A stretch of DNA of 64,000 nucleotides, from assembly GCA_963674745.2 (NCBI GenBank), contig CAXXDV010000001.1, forward strand, positions 1,376,001-1,440,000, given 5' to 3'. The notes beneath the pieces are model-generated. The model was given only the letters and a program-made list of their open reading frames with translations. It made no database searches and had not been told where the DNA came from. The stretch comes from Desulfosudaceae bacterium (GTDB lineage: Bacteria; Desulfobacterota; Desulfobacteria; Desulfobacterales; Desulfosudaceae). This document shows, piece by piece, positions 38,665 to 47,545 of this stretch (within the stretch, counting starts at the first letter, position 1; every line of letters starts with the position of its first letter). The position numbers and the translations under genes were made by a program.

Positions 38665-39119
38665 TATTCGTTCCCTTTTTGTTCCAATGAAATAGCAGGA
38701 ATCTTTATGAATTTAATTTCGACATCACTATCATCAAAATTATTATCTAATTTTTTTATTTTGTACTCGATTTTACATGGATAGTACTCATCTAAAGAAA
38801 TTATTATTGTAATTTTTGATGGTAGTTTCCCACACCTGTCTCCCCATAAAGAAGGGCCTTTATATGTATTGAACTTATAATTTACTTCAAATGTGCCATC
38901 TTTTCTGCTAATTTCTGAATCACCATATTTATCCTTATCAAGAAATACGATTACCGAAGCATCTGATATCGAACAATCAATACAATCTCTATCTTTTGTG
39001 ATAACACTGCCAATTACTTTTATTGTTTCATAAGGACATTTTGGCATTGCTTTATCAACGAATAGCAGAGTAGACATGTTAATAAAAAATAAAGATAAAA
39101 TTATTTTTTTCATAGCCAT
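38664..39119 (-). CDS. Putative immunity protein of cassette 4 (exported, beta-sandwich-like)
   Basis: Signal peptide MKKIILSLFF; stop codon overlaps the GTCCCC boundary. Confidence 0.7.
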   Translation of the reverse strand: MAMKKIILSLFFINMSTLLFVDKAMPKCPYETIKVIGSVITKDRDCIDCSISDASVIVFLDKDKYGDSEISRKDGTFEVNYKFNTYKGPSLWGDRCGKLPSKITIIISLDEYYPCKIEYKIKKLDNNFDDSDVEIKFIKIPAISLEQKGNE

Positions 39120-39137
39120 CCTTCATATTACATTGTT

Positions 39138-39731
39138 TTATTTGCATTCACATGGGTTTCCATTTCCATATCCGAAACAGGATTTTTCACACGCTTCTGG
39201 CTTTGCTTCAGTAAAATGCCTACAACTATGCACCATCTCATGCAATATTGTGGACTTAAGAGGACCACAGCTGCTAATAGAGAAACCCGATCCACTGATA
39301 TAAATAGTATCTGAAAAAAGTGGTGCTGCATGACCACAATAGGATTTATTATCACACTTTATCTTAAGTTTAGCCCATTTATCTTTTAGACAACGTTTAA
39401 GCAAACCGTCCTTAATACAATTCGAATTAATAGCAACTGCGACATCAACCATAGCTCCATCAATTGCCGAAATATGACCTGAACAAGATTCATAGATCGC
39501 ATAAAGTCCTTTTTCATCAAAAATGGTCAATATATTATTTTGAGCATATACATATGTATTTAATGTGCTTGGTTTATCTATCGAATCAAACAATAAGAAT
39601 GGAATTTGCTGTTCCTCTGAATACAGATTATGGCTTGGATCAACCTTCAAGTACCTCCCCTTGCCCGGATCATAATACCTATTCCAATTATAATGTAGCC
39701 CCGTCTCTTGATCATAGTATTGGCCCGGATA
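39138..39731 (-). pseudogene. Orphan Rhs tip, cassette 4 (HExxH metallopeptidase-like)
   Basis: YPGQYYDQETGLHYNWNRYYDP...DEKGL; TIYI...STILHEMVHSC. Confidence 0.88.
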
Positions 39732-40029
39732 TATTCTGATGCGCCTTCCCCCCGAAAGACCTGTTTTTTATCCCCCTTGTTTTATCGGCCCCCAAGGTTC
39801 ACTTTAATATCAAAATTCGTGTATCTTCGTAATTCCGTGGCCCTGAAGGCAACCAGGCAGGCATATAAAAAATGCTCTCCCTCCTTATTCATGCCTGCCT
39901 GGGGGAGTTTTTTTGACCATAAGATTGACCTTATTCCCTATGGTCGTTGGGCAAAAAAACCGTCACCCACTAACACTCATAAAAAGAAAACAAATAAAAA
40001 TAGGCACTTAATTGAATAAGTTCATAAGT
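39718..40029. repeat. Cassette junction repeat R4 (A+B; distal part interrupted by the IS)
   Basis: Motif A at 39718, motif B at 39939. Confidence 0.88.
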
Positions 40030-41861
40030 GATTCCTGAGAAGTAACTCTGTAAATTCCGGCAGTAATTTGCTATAAAGCGTTATGTATAAACGGACTGAC
40101 CGCCAAAGACAACTATTCGGAATAGAATCGCAGCTGCCTGAGTCGTTACAAATACGTTTGAAAGAATCTTGGGCTCAGATTTTCAATCAAGAAATTCTTT
40201 CCATCTTGATGAACAACGAAGATCAATTTTCTCAACTGTATGGCACCACAGGACGGCCCAATTTCAGTGTGGCGCGTATGTTGGGTCTTTGTCTGCTGCA
40301 AGAACTAAACAATCTGAGCGATCAACAAGCCCTTGATGCATTTGGGTTTGACATCCGTTGGCGATATGCGTTGGATGTGGACGAACAGGATGCATACCTG
40401 TCTCGCCGATCACTTGTTGAGTTTCGCAGGCGTTTAGCTGCCAAAGATCCGGAGATGAGAAGTGTTCGCACCATCTTTGAGCAGATCAGCAAGGCAGCCA
40501 TTAAAAAGCTTGGCCTTTGCGCAAGCGACCAAAGAGTGGATTCTACTCATATCGTATCCAACATATGCACCCGTGGCCGGCTGGATCTGTTTAACAAAAC
40601 CATCAACCTGTTTCTTAAAAGCCTGACAGTGGCCCAGTATTCACGCGTCCCCCAATATATAGCAAATTGGCACCAGCAAGAATCAAACGGCTGGTTCGGA
40701 TTAGGGGCCGGTGAACGCAAGGCAGAGTTGAAGCAACTGGCAAAATACTTAAACAAACTTATTGTCATTTTTAAAAAAGACAAACAGGTAGCAGCCGACG
40801 AGCCTTATCAACTGCTTGTACGACTATTCAATGAGCAATGTGAAATCCCTTCGGGCGAATCCGGACAAGAGAACAAGGCCGACGAACAAATCAAAATTAA
40901 GAAAAAATGCACTGGCGAAACTCTGCAGTCTCCATATGACACCGATGCTTCTTACGGGCATAAAGGCAAGGGTTACAGTGTCCATATCACCGAGACGTGC
41001 AATAATCCGAAAAAGAAGGAAATCATTACCGACTACGAGGTGCATGGCGCAGCCCGGTCAGATGTAGCGAAAGCTCCGGATATTCTTGATCGATTGGAAG
41101 CAGCAGATTTAAAGCCGGAGACGTTTTTTGCCGACGGTGGCTATCCTTCAGTGCCTTCGGCGGTAAAGGTTGTTGAACGTAGTGTCGAGTTCATTGCCCC
41201 GGTAAACCGCAGCAAGCTGGCGGACGAAGTAATGGGGCGAGACCAATTTAAGTTCGACAAACAGGGACATGTATCGTATTGCCCGATAGGGCACCAACCG
41301 GTCGACCATCGGATGCTTAGCGCCAATAATAAAAAGGGCAAATCGCTATACGCGATTTTTGATGGTGATCTTTGTCGCAAGTGCAGCAAACTTGAACAGT
41401 GTCCGGTACGCGCGCCCAACCATCGCGAGCGTGGCTGCAGGCCACAGGATACAGTAGGCGACTTTAGATTGGAAATAACCGATGGTCTTCGCCTAAGAGA
41501 CCAAATGTTTGCGGATCAACGGACAAAAAGCTGGAAGGACCGTTATAAAATACGCTCGGGGATTGAGGCAACAATGTCGGAATTGAAACGAAGCCATGGA
41601 ATGGCAATGCTTCGAGTTCGCAAGCTGCCAAAAGTAAGCTTCGCTGTGGCATGTAAAGTAATAGCATGTAACATAAAACGCTGGGCCAAGGCCTATGCGC
41701 AGCCAAATCATGCGCATAGCCGCCTTATAAGCCAAACTTGGGGCCTAATACGGCAATCTACGCCTCGACTCGGAAGGATAAGGTCTATCTCCCGGTCAAC
41801 GGCCCGCCGAAAATTTTGTTGTGCAACCTGATGCAAAATGGGGGCTTACTTCTCAGGAATC
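40030..41861 (+). mobile_element. Complete IS, IS1182-like (1832 bp)
   Basis: Perfect 16-bp TIR GATTCCTGAGAAGTAA; 6-bp target duplication ATAAGT (40024-40029 and 41862-41867). Confidence 0.92.
40083..41831 (+). CDS. DDE transposase, IS1182-like
   Basis: GRPNF..LSDQQA..DIRWRYAL, QRVDSTHI, LQSPYDTDA, FADGGY, YKIRSGIEATMSELKR. Confidence 0.9.
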   Translation: MYKRTDRQRQLFGIESQLPESLQIRLKESWAQIFNQEILSILMNNEDQFSQLYGTTGRPNFSVARMLGLCLLQELNNLSDQQALDAFGFDIRWRYALDVDEQDAYLSRRSLVEFRRRLAAKDPEMRSVRTIFEQISKAAIKKLGLCASDQRVDSTHIVSNICTRGRLDLFNKTINLFLKSLTVAQYSRVPQYIANWHQQESNGWFGLGAGERKAELKQLAKYLNKLIVIFKKDKQVAADEPYQLLVRLFNEQCEIPSGESGQENKADEQIKIKKKCTGETLQSPYDTDASYGHKGKGYSVHITETCNNPKKKEIITDYEVHGAARSDVAKAPDILDRLEAADLKPETFFADGGYPSVPSAVKVVERSVEFIAPVNRSKLADEVMGRDQFKFDKQGHVSYCPIGHQPVDHRMLSANNKKGKSLYAIFDGDLCRKCSKLEQCPVRAPNHRERGCRPQDTVGDFRLEITDGLRLRDQMFADQRTKSWKDRYKIRSGIEATMSELKRSHGMAMLRVRKLPKVSFAVACKVIACNIKRWAKAYAQPNHAHSRLISQTWGLIRQSTPRLGRIRSISRSTARRKFCCAT

Positions 41862-41890
41862 ATAAGTTAAGAACGTCCCCTATTTGTCTC

Positions 41891-42715
41891 CTAAATCTTA
41901 ACTTTATTAGGAAGGTCTAATATCACTTCGGTTTTCAAATCTAAAACAGCATGTGGGAAAGATTTTCTTATAGTAAAGGTTTTCTTCAGAATGCCTACAT
42001 ATTTCGAAAAAGAATATATTTCTATAGTTGCATTTTCTTCCTTAAGATTAATGATTGGTTCCGGATTTATTTTTAGGGCATCGGCTTTCAATTGTTTTGG
42101 TATATACTCAGAGACAATGCGCGTTAACGTCTGCTTGTCACATATAATAGTAAGTTTGCTATAATTTTCATGGTCTGCCAATAAAAAACTGTCACCCATT
42201 AAATACAAAACAGCCAACTGAAAAAATCCCATTGGAGTACCGTCTGTTTTGACATATCGGATAAATCTTTTTTGTAGGATTTCAGCATAATCGGGATCTG
42301 ATTCATCCCAGCTACCTACCAAGGACGACCATATAGCACACGCTGTTTCAGAATCATATTCATTACGATTATTCTTTTTGGCATATATAATTGGTCTGCC
42401 ACTCATAGAAAAAAAGCAATAAAAATACTCTAACGAATAATCATTCAATATTGATAAACTGCCTAATATGTCAAAGTATTTATTTATATCTATTTTCATT
42501 TCTTTATTATTGTCTAATAATTCTTTCTCAAAAATAGTAAAGTATCCTTTCACTCCCAATTTTTCTAAAAATTCTTTTTGCTGATCTTCAATGCACATAG
42601 AAAAGTTATCAACTATTTCCTGATATTTCGATTTAGAAAACGAAAAAGATGAATCAATAAATATAATAGTAAAGATAGTTAATACTGTAAAAAATATAGC
42701 AAGAGTATTTTTCAT
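41891..42715 (-). CDS. Putative immunity protein of cassette 3 (exported)
   Basis: Start reassigned to MKNTLAIFF immediately after the tip 3 stop; signal peptide. Confidence 0.7.
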   Translation of the reverse strand: MKNTLAIFFTVLTIFTIIFIDSSFSFSKSKYQEIVDNFSMCIEDQQKEFLEKLGVKGYFTIFEKELLDNNKEMKIDINKYFDILGSLSILNDYSLEYFYCFFSMSGRPIIYAKKNNRNEYDSETACAIWSSLVGSWDESDPDYAEILQKRFIRYVKTDGTPMGFFQLAVLYLMGDSFLLADHENYSKLTIICDKQTLTRIVSEYIPKQLKADALKINPEPIINLKEENATIEIYSFSKYVGILKKTFTIRKSFPHAVLDLKTEVILDLPNKVKI

Positions 42716-42717
42716 TA

Positions 42718-43362
42718 TTATTCTCCCAGTGCATATCCATAAGTTGAATATTGTGCACCATATCCATAATCTCCATCTTCTGGCCTTTTGTTTTGGAACC
42801 AAGGGTATCCTACCTTTCTCAAATCAGGTCTTGTCCCCCCCTTGAATTCTGCAAAATGGCCAAACTCATGAATCAGAACATTTCCTCCCCACTCAGGATT
42901 ATTGTTTTTTAGCTTTGGGCTAAGAGTAATTGTATTAGTATTAGGGTCGTATTCCCCCGTTCCTCGAACATCACCAAAACGTACTATAGTGCCACTACAT
43001 TCTGCTGTTAATATTTCTTTTATATCCACATTAAATAAGTTGAAATAGTCAACACCATTTATATATTCCTTTTGTCGGTCCATAAACCATTTCTCTGCTC
43101 TGGGATTATAATCTATATTTTGCATTATGTTATTAATATATCCTTTTATTATTGCTTTTTCATTTTCATCATTTGTTCCGTATAAAATTAGTCCTAATTG
43201 ATCAATATTAAAGACAGGATTATTATCCACATACAAATAATAATTAATCCCACCGCTCAACCTAATCGGATCCTCCCTCAAATACCTCCCAGACCCAGGC
43301 TCATAATACCGCCACATATTATAGTGCAGCCCCGTCTCACTATCAAAGTATTGGCCCGGATA
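42718..43362 (-). pseudogene. Orphan Rhs tip, cassette 3 (HExxH zincin-like)
   Basis: YPGQYFDSETGLHYNMWRYYEP...DQLGL; GEYDPNTNTITLS...VLIHEFGH. Confidence 0.88.
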
Positions 43363-43491
43363 TATTCTGATGCGGGTTCCCCATAAAGACCTGTTTTTTA
43401 CCCCCCTTGTTTTGTTGACCCCCGGATGAACTCTTTTCTCAAGATATGATAGTTTACCTTTCAAATCAAACGATCTGTGGCAGTTAAAAAA
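43349..43491. repeat. Cassette junction repeat R3 (long form of A)
   Basis: Matches 46277-46417 through ...TTTACCTTTCAAATCAAACG...CAGTTAAAAAA. Confidence 0.88.
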
Positions 43492-43791
43492 GAAAACAAA
43501 TCGGGTGAAAGCGGCTCCAATATGCCGGAGATGATCCGCTGCCATTTTTTGGGCAGACCGGCGTAGATGGTTTTCAACCGTTCCCGACGAGCTTCGTATT
43601 CCAGGCAAATATTTTGTACGGCAGGACTCGAAGCCACGGCGGAACAAACATCACAACCATCTTACCCGCACGGCCACAGGCGAGGTCGGCCGGCAGAATG
43701 GGGGCGCTTTTCGGGGGCGTCTCCGTCCCCTAAGTCGTTCCCATGTTGGCTTGGTGCGCCCCCATTTGACAGTTAGTCTATTTTGTCCCCC

Positions 43792-44577
43792 TCAGTTAGG
43801 GCTACATATTTCAAGTGGGGGTTTGTGGAGTTCTGTAAAAATTGGGGGGAATATATCATCTTGCGTACCACATAAACCATCTTTACCTTTTGAACCTAAA
43901 AAATAAAATACACTTCCACTCTTATATATAAAACTATGGCTCCATCCATCTATAACTAAATTTGATTCGAAATTATTGTTTTCAGTTTTTAATTCCATTA
44001 AATCAACTGGATATTTCCCTTTGGTGTTGAAAAAATTTTTTAAATGTTTCTGAATATTATATAATTTGACCTTTGTTAAACTTATTGGATCAAGCTCAGA
44101 GTACTCGTACCCATAAGGAATTTTATAACAAATATGCTCTATTATAAAAACAATCCGTTCATTTCTTTTTTGTCTAATCAAATTGATATTTTGTTCATTC
44201 GGCATTTCATCATGTATAGCTTCAGCCAACATTTTTCTTCTTAAGAAGGGTAAAGAGGAATCCCCCTTCTCAATTATGGCTTTCGTAATAATTTCCATAG
44301 GGGTCTCGCCCAAATAAAAATCCAAAAGATCTACTAATAATTCTGAGGATTTAATACTTTTAAGCCCACTTAATTCATCAAGCGAATTATAAAATATATT
44401 GATATCTTTTTTACTATATATATTTGTTTTTAAAATATTTTTTAGTAAAAAACATATTTCCTTTTCCTCTTTGTATTTTTGTAATAAATCGTTTCTTCCA
44501 TCAATATTCGCGGCTTCTAAAAATCCGCTTAGACTAATAGAAGCTAAAAACATAAAAACAATAATTCTTACTATCAT
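43792..44577 (-). CDS. Putative immunity protein of cassette 2 (exported; C-terminal GspG/pseudopilin-like motif)
   Basis: ATGA overlap with the tip 2 stop; GKYPVDLMEL...DGWSHSFIY...SKGKDGLCGTQDDI. Confidence 0.7.
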   Translation of the reverse strand: MIVRIIVFMFLASISLSGFLEAANIDGRNDLLQKYKEEKEICFLLKNILKTNIYSKKDINIFYNSLDELSGLKSIKSSELLVDLLDFYLGETPMEIITKAIIEKGDSSLPFLRRKMLAEAIHDEMPNEQNINLIRQKRNERIVFIIEHICYKIPYGYEYSELDPISLTKVKLYNIQKHLKNFFNTKGKYPVDLMELKTENNNFESNLVIDGWSHSFIYKSGSVFYFLGSKGKDGLCGTQDDIFPPIFTELHKPPLEICSPN

Positions 44578-45116
44578 TTGACCACCAGTGTTCCGCCTTT
44601 ATCTTTTGTTAGGCAATATATTAAAGTTGACAAGTTCTTATTCACAGAAATACATCCTATGTTCTTTTGACCAGCACCATGAATGAAAAATTCTGTTCTT
44701 CCGTGTGCTTTATGGCCATTGGGTTTTAGGTATGCCCATTTTGGGTGTTTAGATATCCAACCAGGAGTATATATTTTCCAATTGCCTGTCGGTATTGGGC
44801 CGCCTACTTTTTTTTCTGAACTTTCTTTTCCATCCCCTGAAAAGGCTGATGAAGAAAAATTACAACATTTTTTGTCATTAGTATTAAAGGTACATACGAG
44901 TGTGCCATTTGTACCCGCACCTCGTGTATATGTACATGAAGCTAACCCTTTGTTATCAAAGAAAATAGCCGGATTGATATTGGCATAAAAATAAAGATTA
45001 ATCCCACTTTCAAATCCCACTGGATCAACCCTCAAGTATCTCCCGATCTCAGGATCATAATACCTATTCCAGTTATAATGCAGCCCGGTCTCATCATCGT
45101 AGTATTGGCCCGGATA
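44574..45116 (-). pseudogene. Orphan Rhs tip, cassette 2 (Tlde1/DUF2778-like L,D-transpeptidase fold)
   Basis: AFSG...GPIPTGNWKI...RTEFFIHG-x5-IGCI. Confidence 0.85.
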
Positions 45117-45325
45117 TATTCTGATGCGGGTCCCCCCCGAAAGACCTGTTTTTTACCCCCTTGTTTTGTTGGCTGTTGGAAATAAAACTGTTCTTTATGG
45201 GTTAAAGGGAATGGGGTTAAAAGATGCAGAAGCGCATCCATTCTATATGGTCGTTGGGCAAAAAAACCGTCACCCACTAACACACGAAAAAACCGGAGAA
45301 ACGCATAAGAGCATAGACGTCCCCC
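45103..45325. repeat. Cassette junction repeat R2 (A+B+C)
   Basis: Near-identical to 38441-38664. Confidence 0.92.
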
Positions 45326-45333
45326 GGTAACAA

Positions 45334-45747
45334 CTATTTCCCAGGCATAAAACTTAAATAGATTGGTGGGCCTTCATTATATGAATGTAGAAATATTTTA
45401 ATAGTTGCAACTTGATACAGTTCTTTAAACATGAAGTAAAAAACTGGATAATTATAGCCATTTTCCGATGGATTATATGTTCCATCAAATTTAAATATTT
45501 CTTTATCTGTAATAATTGAGCAACTTACTTTATAATGAGTCGTTTGTTTTTGACTTATTTCCCTCTCGTTAAATGCTAATACATACGGACCGCCATATAT
45601 TAAAGGAGTAGTAATTATATTCTCTCCCTCCTTTAATTTTTTTTCAATAGGGTCAATAAATATTATATGCTTCAAAGACCAAAAAACAAAACCGACTATT
45701 ATTAAAATTATGACTAGAGAAAGGCTACTTATTATTTTTATATTCAT
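45334..45747 (-). CDS. Putative immunity protein of cassette 1 (N-terminal TM)
   Basis: Downstream of tip 1; MNIKIISSLSLVIILIIVGFVFW. Confidence 0.7.
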   Translation of the reverse strand: MNIKIISSLSLVIILIIVGFVFWSLKHIIFIDPIEKKLKEGENIITTPLIYGGPYVLAFNEREISQKQTTHYKVSCSIITDKEIFKFDGTYNPSENGYNYPVFYFMFKELYQVATIKIFLHSYNEGPPIYLSFMPGK

Positions 45748-45774
45748 TTCGACGGCCTCGAATAATTTCTAGAC

Positions 45775-46287
45775 TTATAATTCCGGATAAATTAGCCACC
45801 AAGGAGTTGGGTCTTTAAGGCCACATGTTATGAATGCTTTTCGAACTTTGACTCCACAAGTGTCGAATAGTGTAATTGCGCCACTCGGGCCATTATTTAC
45901 TAAACATGTTTCAATTTCGCTCCAAGGCCTTACATCACATTCATCCTCTCTCTCAGCAGGATAACAGTGAGCATGTCCACTTTCATATTTATTGGGTTCT
46001 GCTGGGGCACTCAATTTTTGTCCATTACTTAATTTGATAAAAGCATGCCATAGTACAGCAAGTTCTCCCATTTTCTCATTATGACCCATCATTGGACGAT
46101 AGCAGGCTATAGGTCGAAGGCCAAAGGCATCACTGTTGTTTATGGGATTATTAAACGCATACAAAAACAGAGTAATCCCTCCATTTAACCCGATCGGATC
46201 AACCCTCAAGTATCGTCCAATTTTAGGATCATAATATCTGTGTCGGTTATAATGCAGCCCCGTCTCACTATCAAAATATTGGCCCGG
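45775..46287 (-). pseudogene. Orphan Rhs tip, cassette 1 (possible permuted papain-like fold)
   Basis: PGQYFDSETGLHYNRHRYYDP...DAFGL; CYRP...WHAFI...DTCG..V..A...CGL. Confidence 0.85.
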
Positions 46288-46417
46288 CTATATTCTGATG
46301 CGGGTCCCCCCCGAAGACCTGTTTTTTATCCCCTTGTTTTGTTGGCCCGTAAGAAGGCTTTTCTAAAGATATGGCAATTTACCTTTCAAATCAAACGGTT
46401 TGTGACAGTTAAAAAAA
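46277..46417. repeat. Cassette junction repeat R1, contiguous with the recombinase 3' flank
   Basis: Motif A copy about 200 bp downstream of the recombinase stop. Confidence 0.88.
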
Positions 46418-46618
46418 TCAGGATTACTTTTTACTAATAAGTCGGGTATGCTCTATACATAAAATGCAATTAGGAAAATATAAAATCTTGTGATAATGGG
46501 GTACCACAAAGATTATTAACCTTGCTTTATGTCTAAAGGATTTTAGCCCCATTAGTAACTGCCGGATTCGGGCAGCGTGCTGGTATTGCGGGGTTCATAT
46601 TGCCGGGCTGAGGGACGG

Positions 46619-47545
46619 CTATCGGCCGGATGCAACTTCGGAAGGGTGATACTTGCTGTGGACTTCTTTAAGGTCGTTGATGGTGACACGGGTATAAAGC
46701 TGGGTAGATTCTAATGACTCGTGGCCCAACATCTCCTGCAGATGCCGGATCGGCGCACCGTTTCTCAACATGTGCGTGGCGCAGGTGTGCCTGAACGTGT
46801 GGGTGGAGACGTTTTGTTTGATGCCTGCCATGCGTGCGCAGCGTTTGACAATGGCCCAGATGCCGTTGGGGTTCATCTTTTTTCCCCAGCGGTTTAAGAT
46901 CAGGTGGCCGTTGTCGTGGCCTTTTATCCAGGCGGGCCGGACCATCAGGATATAGTTTTCCGCCAGGCCGCACACCCGGCGGCTCATGGGCACGACCCGG
47001 TCTTTATCGCCCTTGCCGTGGACCAGGGCATAACCGGAGGTAAGGTCAAGATCGGACAAGTGCAGTCCGGCCAGCTCAGAACGCCGGATGGCCGTGTCAT
47101 AGAGGATTTCAAGGACGAGCCGGTCCCGGTTACCGTTATTGGTGCGCGTGTCCGGAGCGGCCATGAGCTTTTGGATGTCATCGGCGCTCAGGATGACCCT
47201 GGGCAGGCGTCGGGGTTTTTTCGGCAGTTGCAGGGCTTCGCCGGGATCATAGACAAGATAATCTTGTTTCTTTAAAAACCGGGTAAAACCTTTGACTGTG
47301 CCTAACATCTGAGCCTGGGTCCGCAAGGACAAAGGCTTGTCGGCGGCTGTATGACGGAACGCCAGGTCCTGCTGGTATTCGTACAGGATGTCACGATTCA
47401 GGGCGTCAAGGTTTACTGCCTGTTCCTGCGCCAGGAACCCGGCCATGTCTTTCAGCCCGTATTTGGCCCCCCGGATGGTGTAATAAGACCGGCCCAGGGC
47501 CTTTAAATGGTTGAGGTAAACCGGTATCAGTTCAGTGATGGTCAT
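46619..47545 (-). CDS. Tyrosine recombinase (XerC/D-like), second of the pair
   Basis: YDTAIRRSEL, GKGDKDR, HTFRHTCATH, LGHESLESTQLY; full catalytic set. Confidence 0.95.
   Translation of the reverse strand: MTITELIPVYLNHLKALGRSYYTIRGAKYGLKDMAGFLAQEQAVNLDALNRDILYEYQQDLAFRHTAADKPLSLRTQAQMLGTVKGFTRFLKKQDYLVYDPGEALQLPKKPRRLPRVILSADDIQKLMAAPDTRTNNGNRDRLVLEILYDTAIRRSELAGLHLSDLDLTSGYALVHGKGDKDRVVPMSRRVCGLAENYILMVRPAWIKGHDNGHLILNRWGKKMNPNGIWAIVKRCARMAGIKQNVSTHTFRHTCATHMLRNGAPIRHLQEMLGHESLESTQLYTRVTINDLKEVHSKYHPSEVASGR

Noticed and set aside
42718..43647. 309-aa ORF as a complete gene
   Set aside because: The N-terminal 95 codons run through non-coding repeat A and its leader, which are closed in other copies.
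36749..46209. TTG 'MRVDP' starts in the ORF track as real starts of the orphan tips
   Set aside because: This is the conserved Leu of the Rhs core. Homology extends 78 nt further upstream, and the GGAGG present in some copies is only 3 nt from TTG. Internal initiation is not excluded but is unsupported.
36817..46417. Regularly recurring repeats as a CRISPR array
   Set aside because: Spacing is 1.2-3.6 kb with whole genes between repeats, and there are no cas genes.
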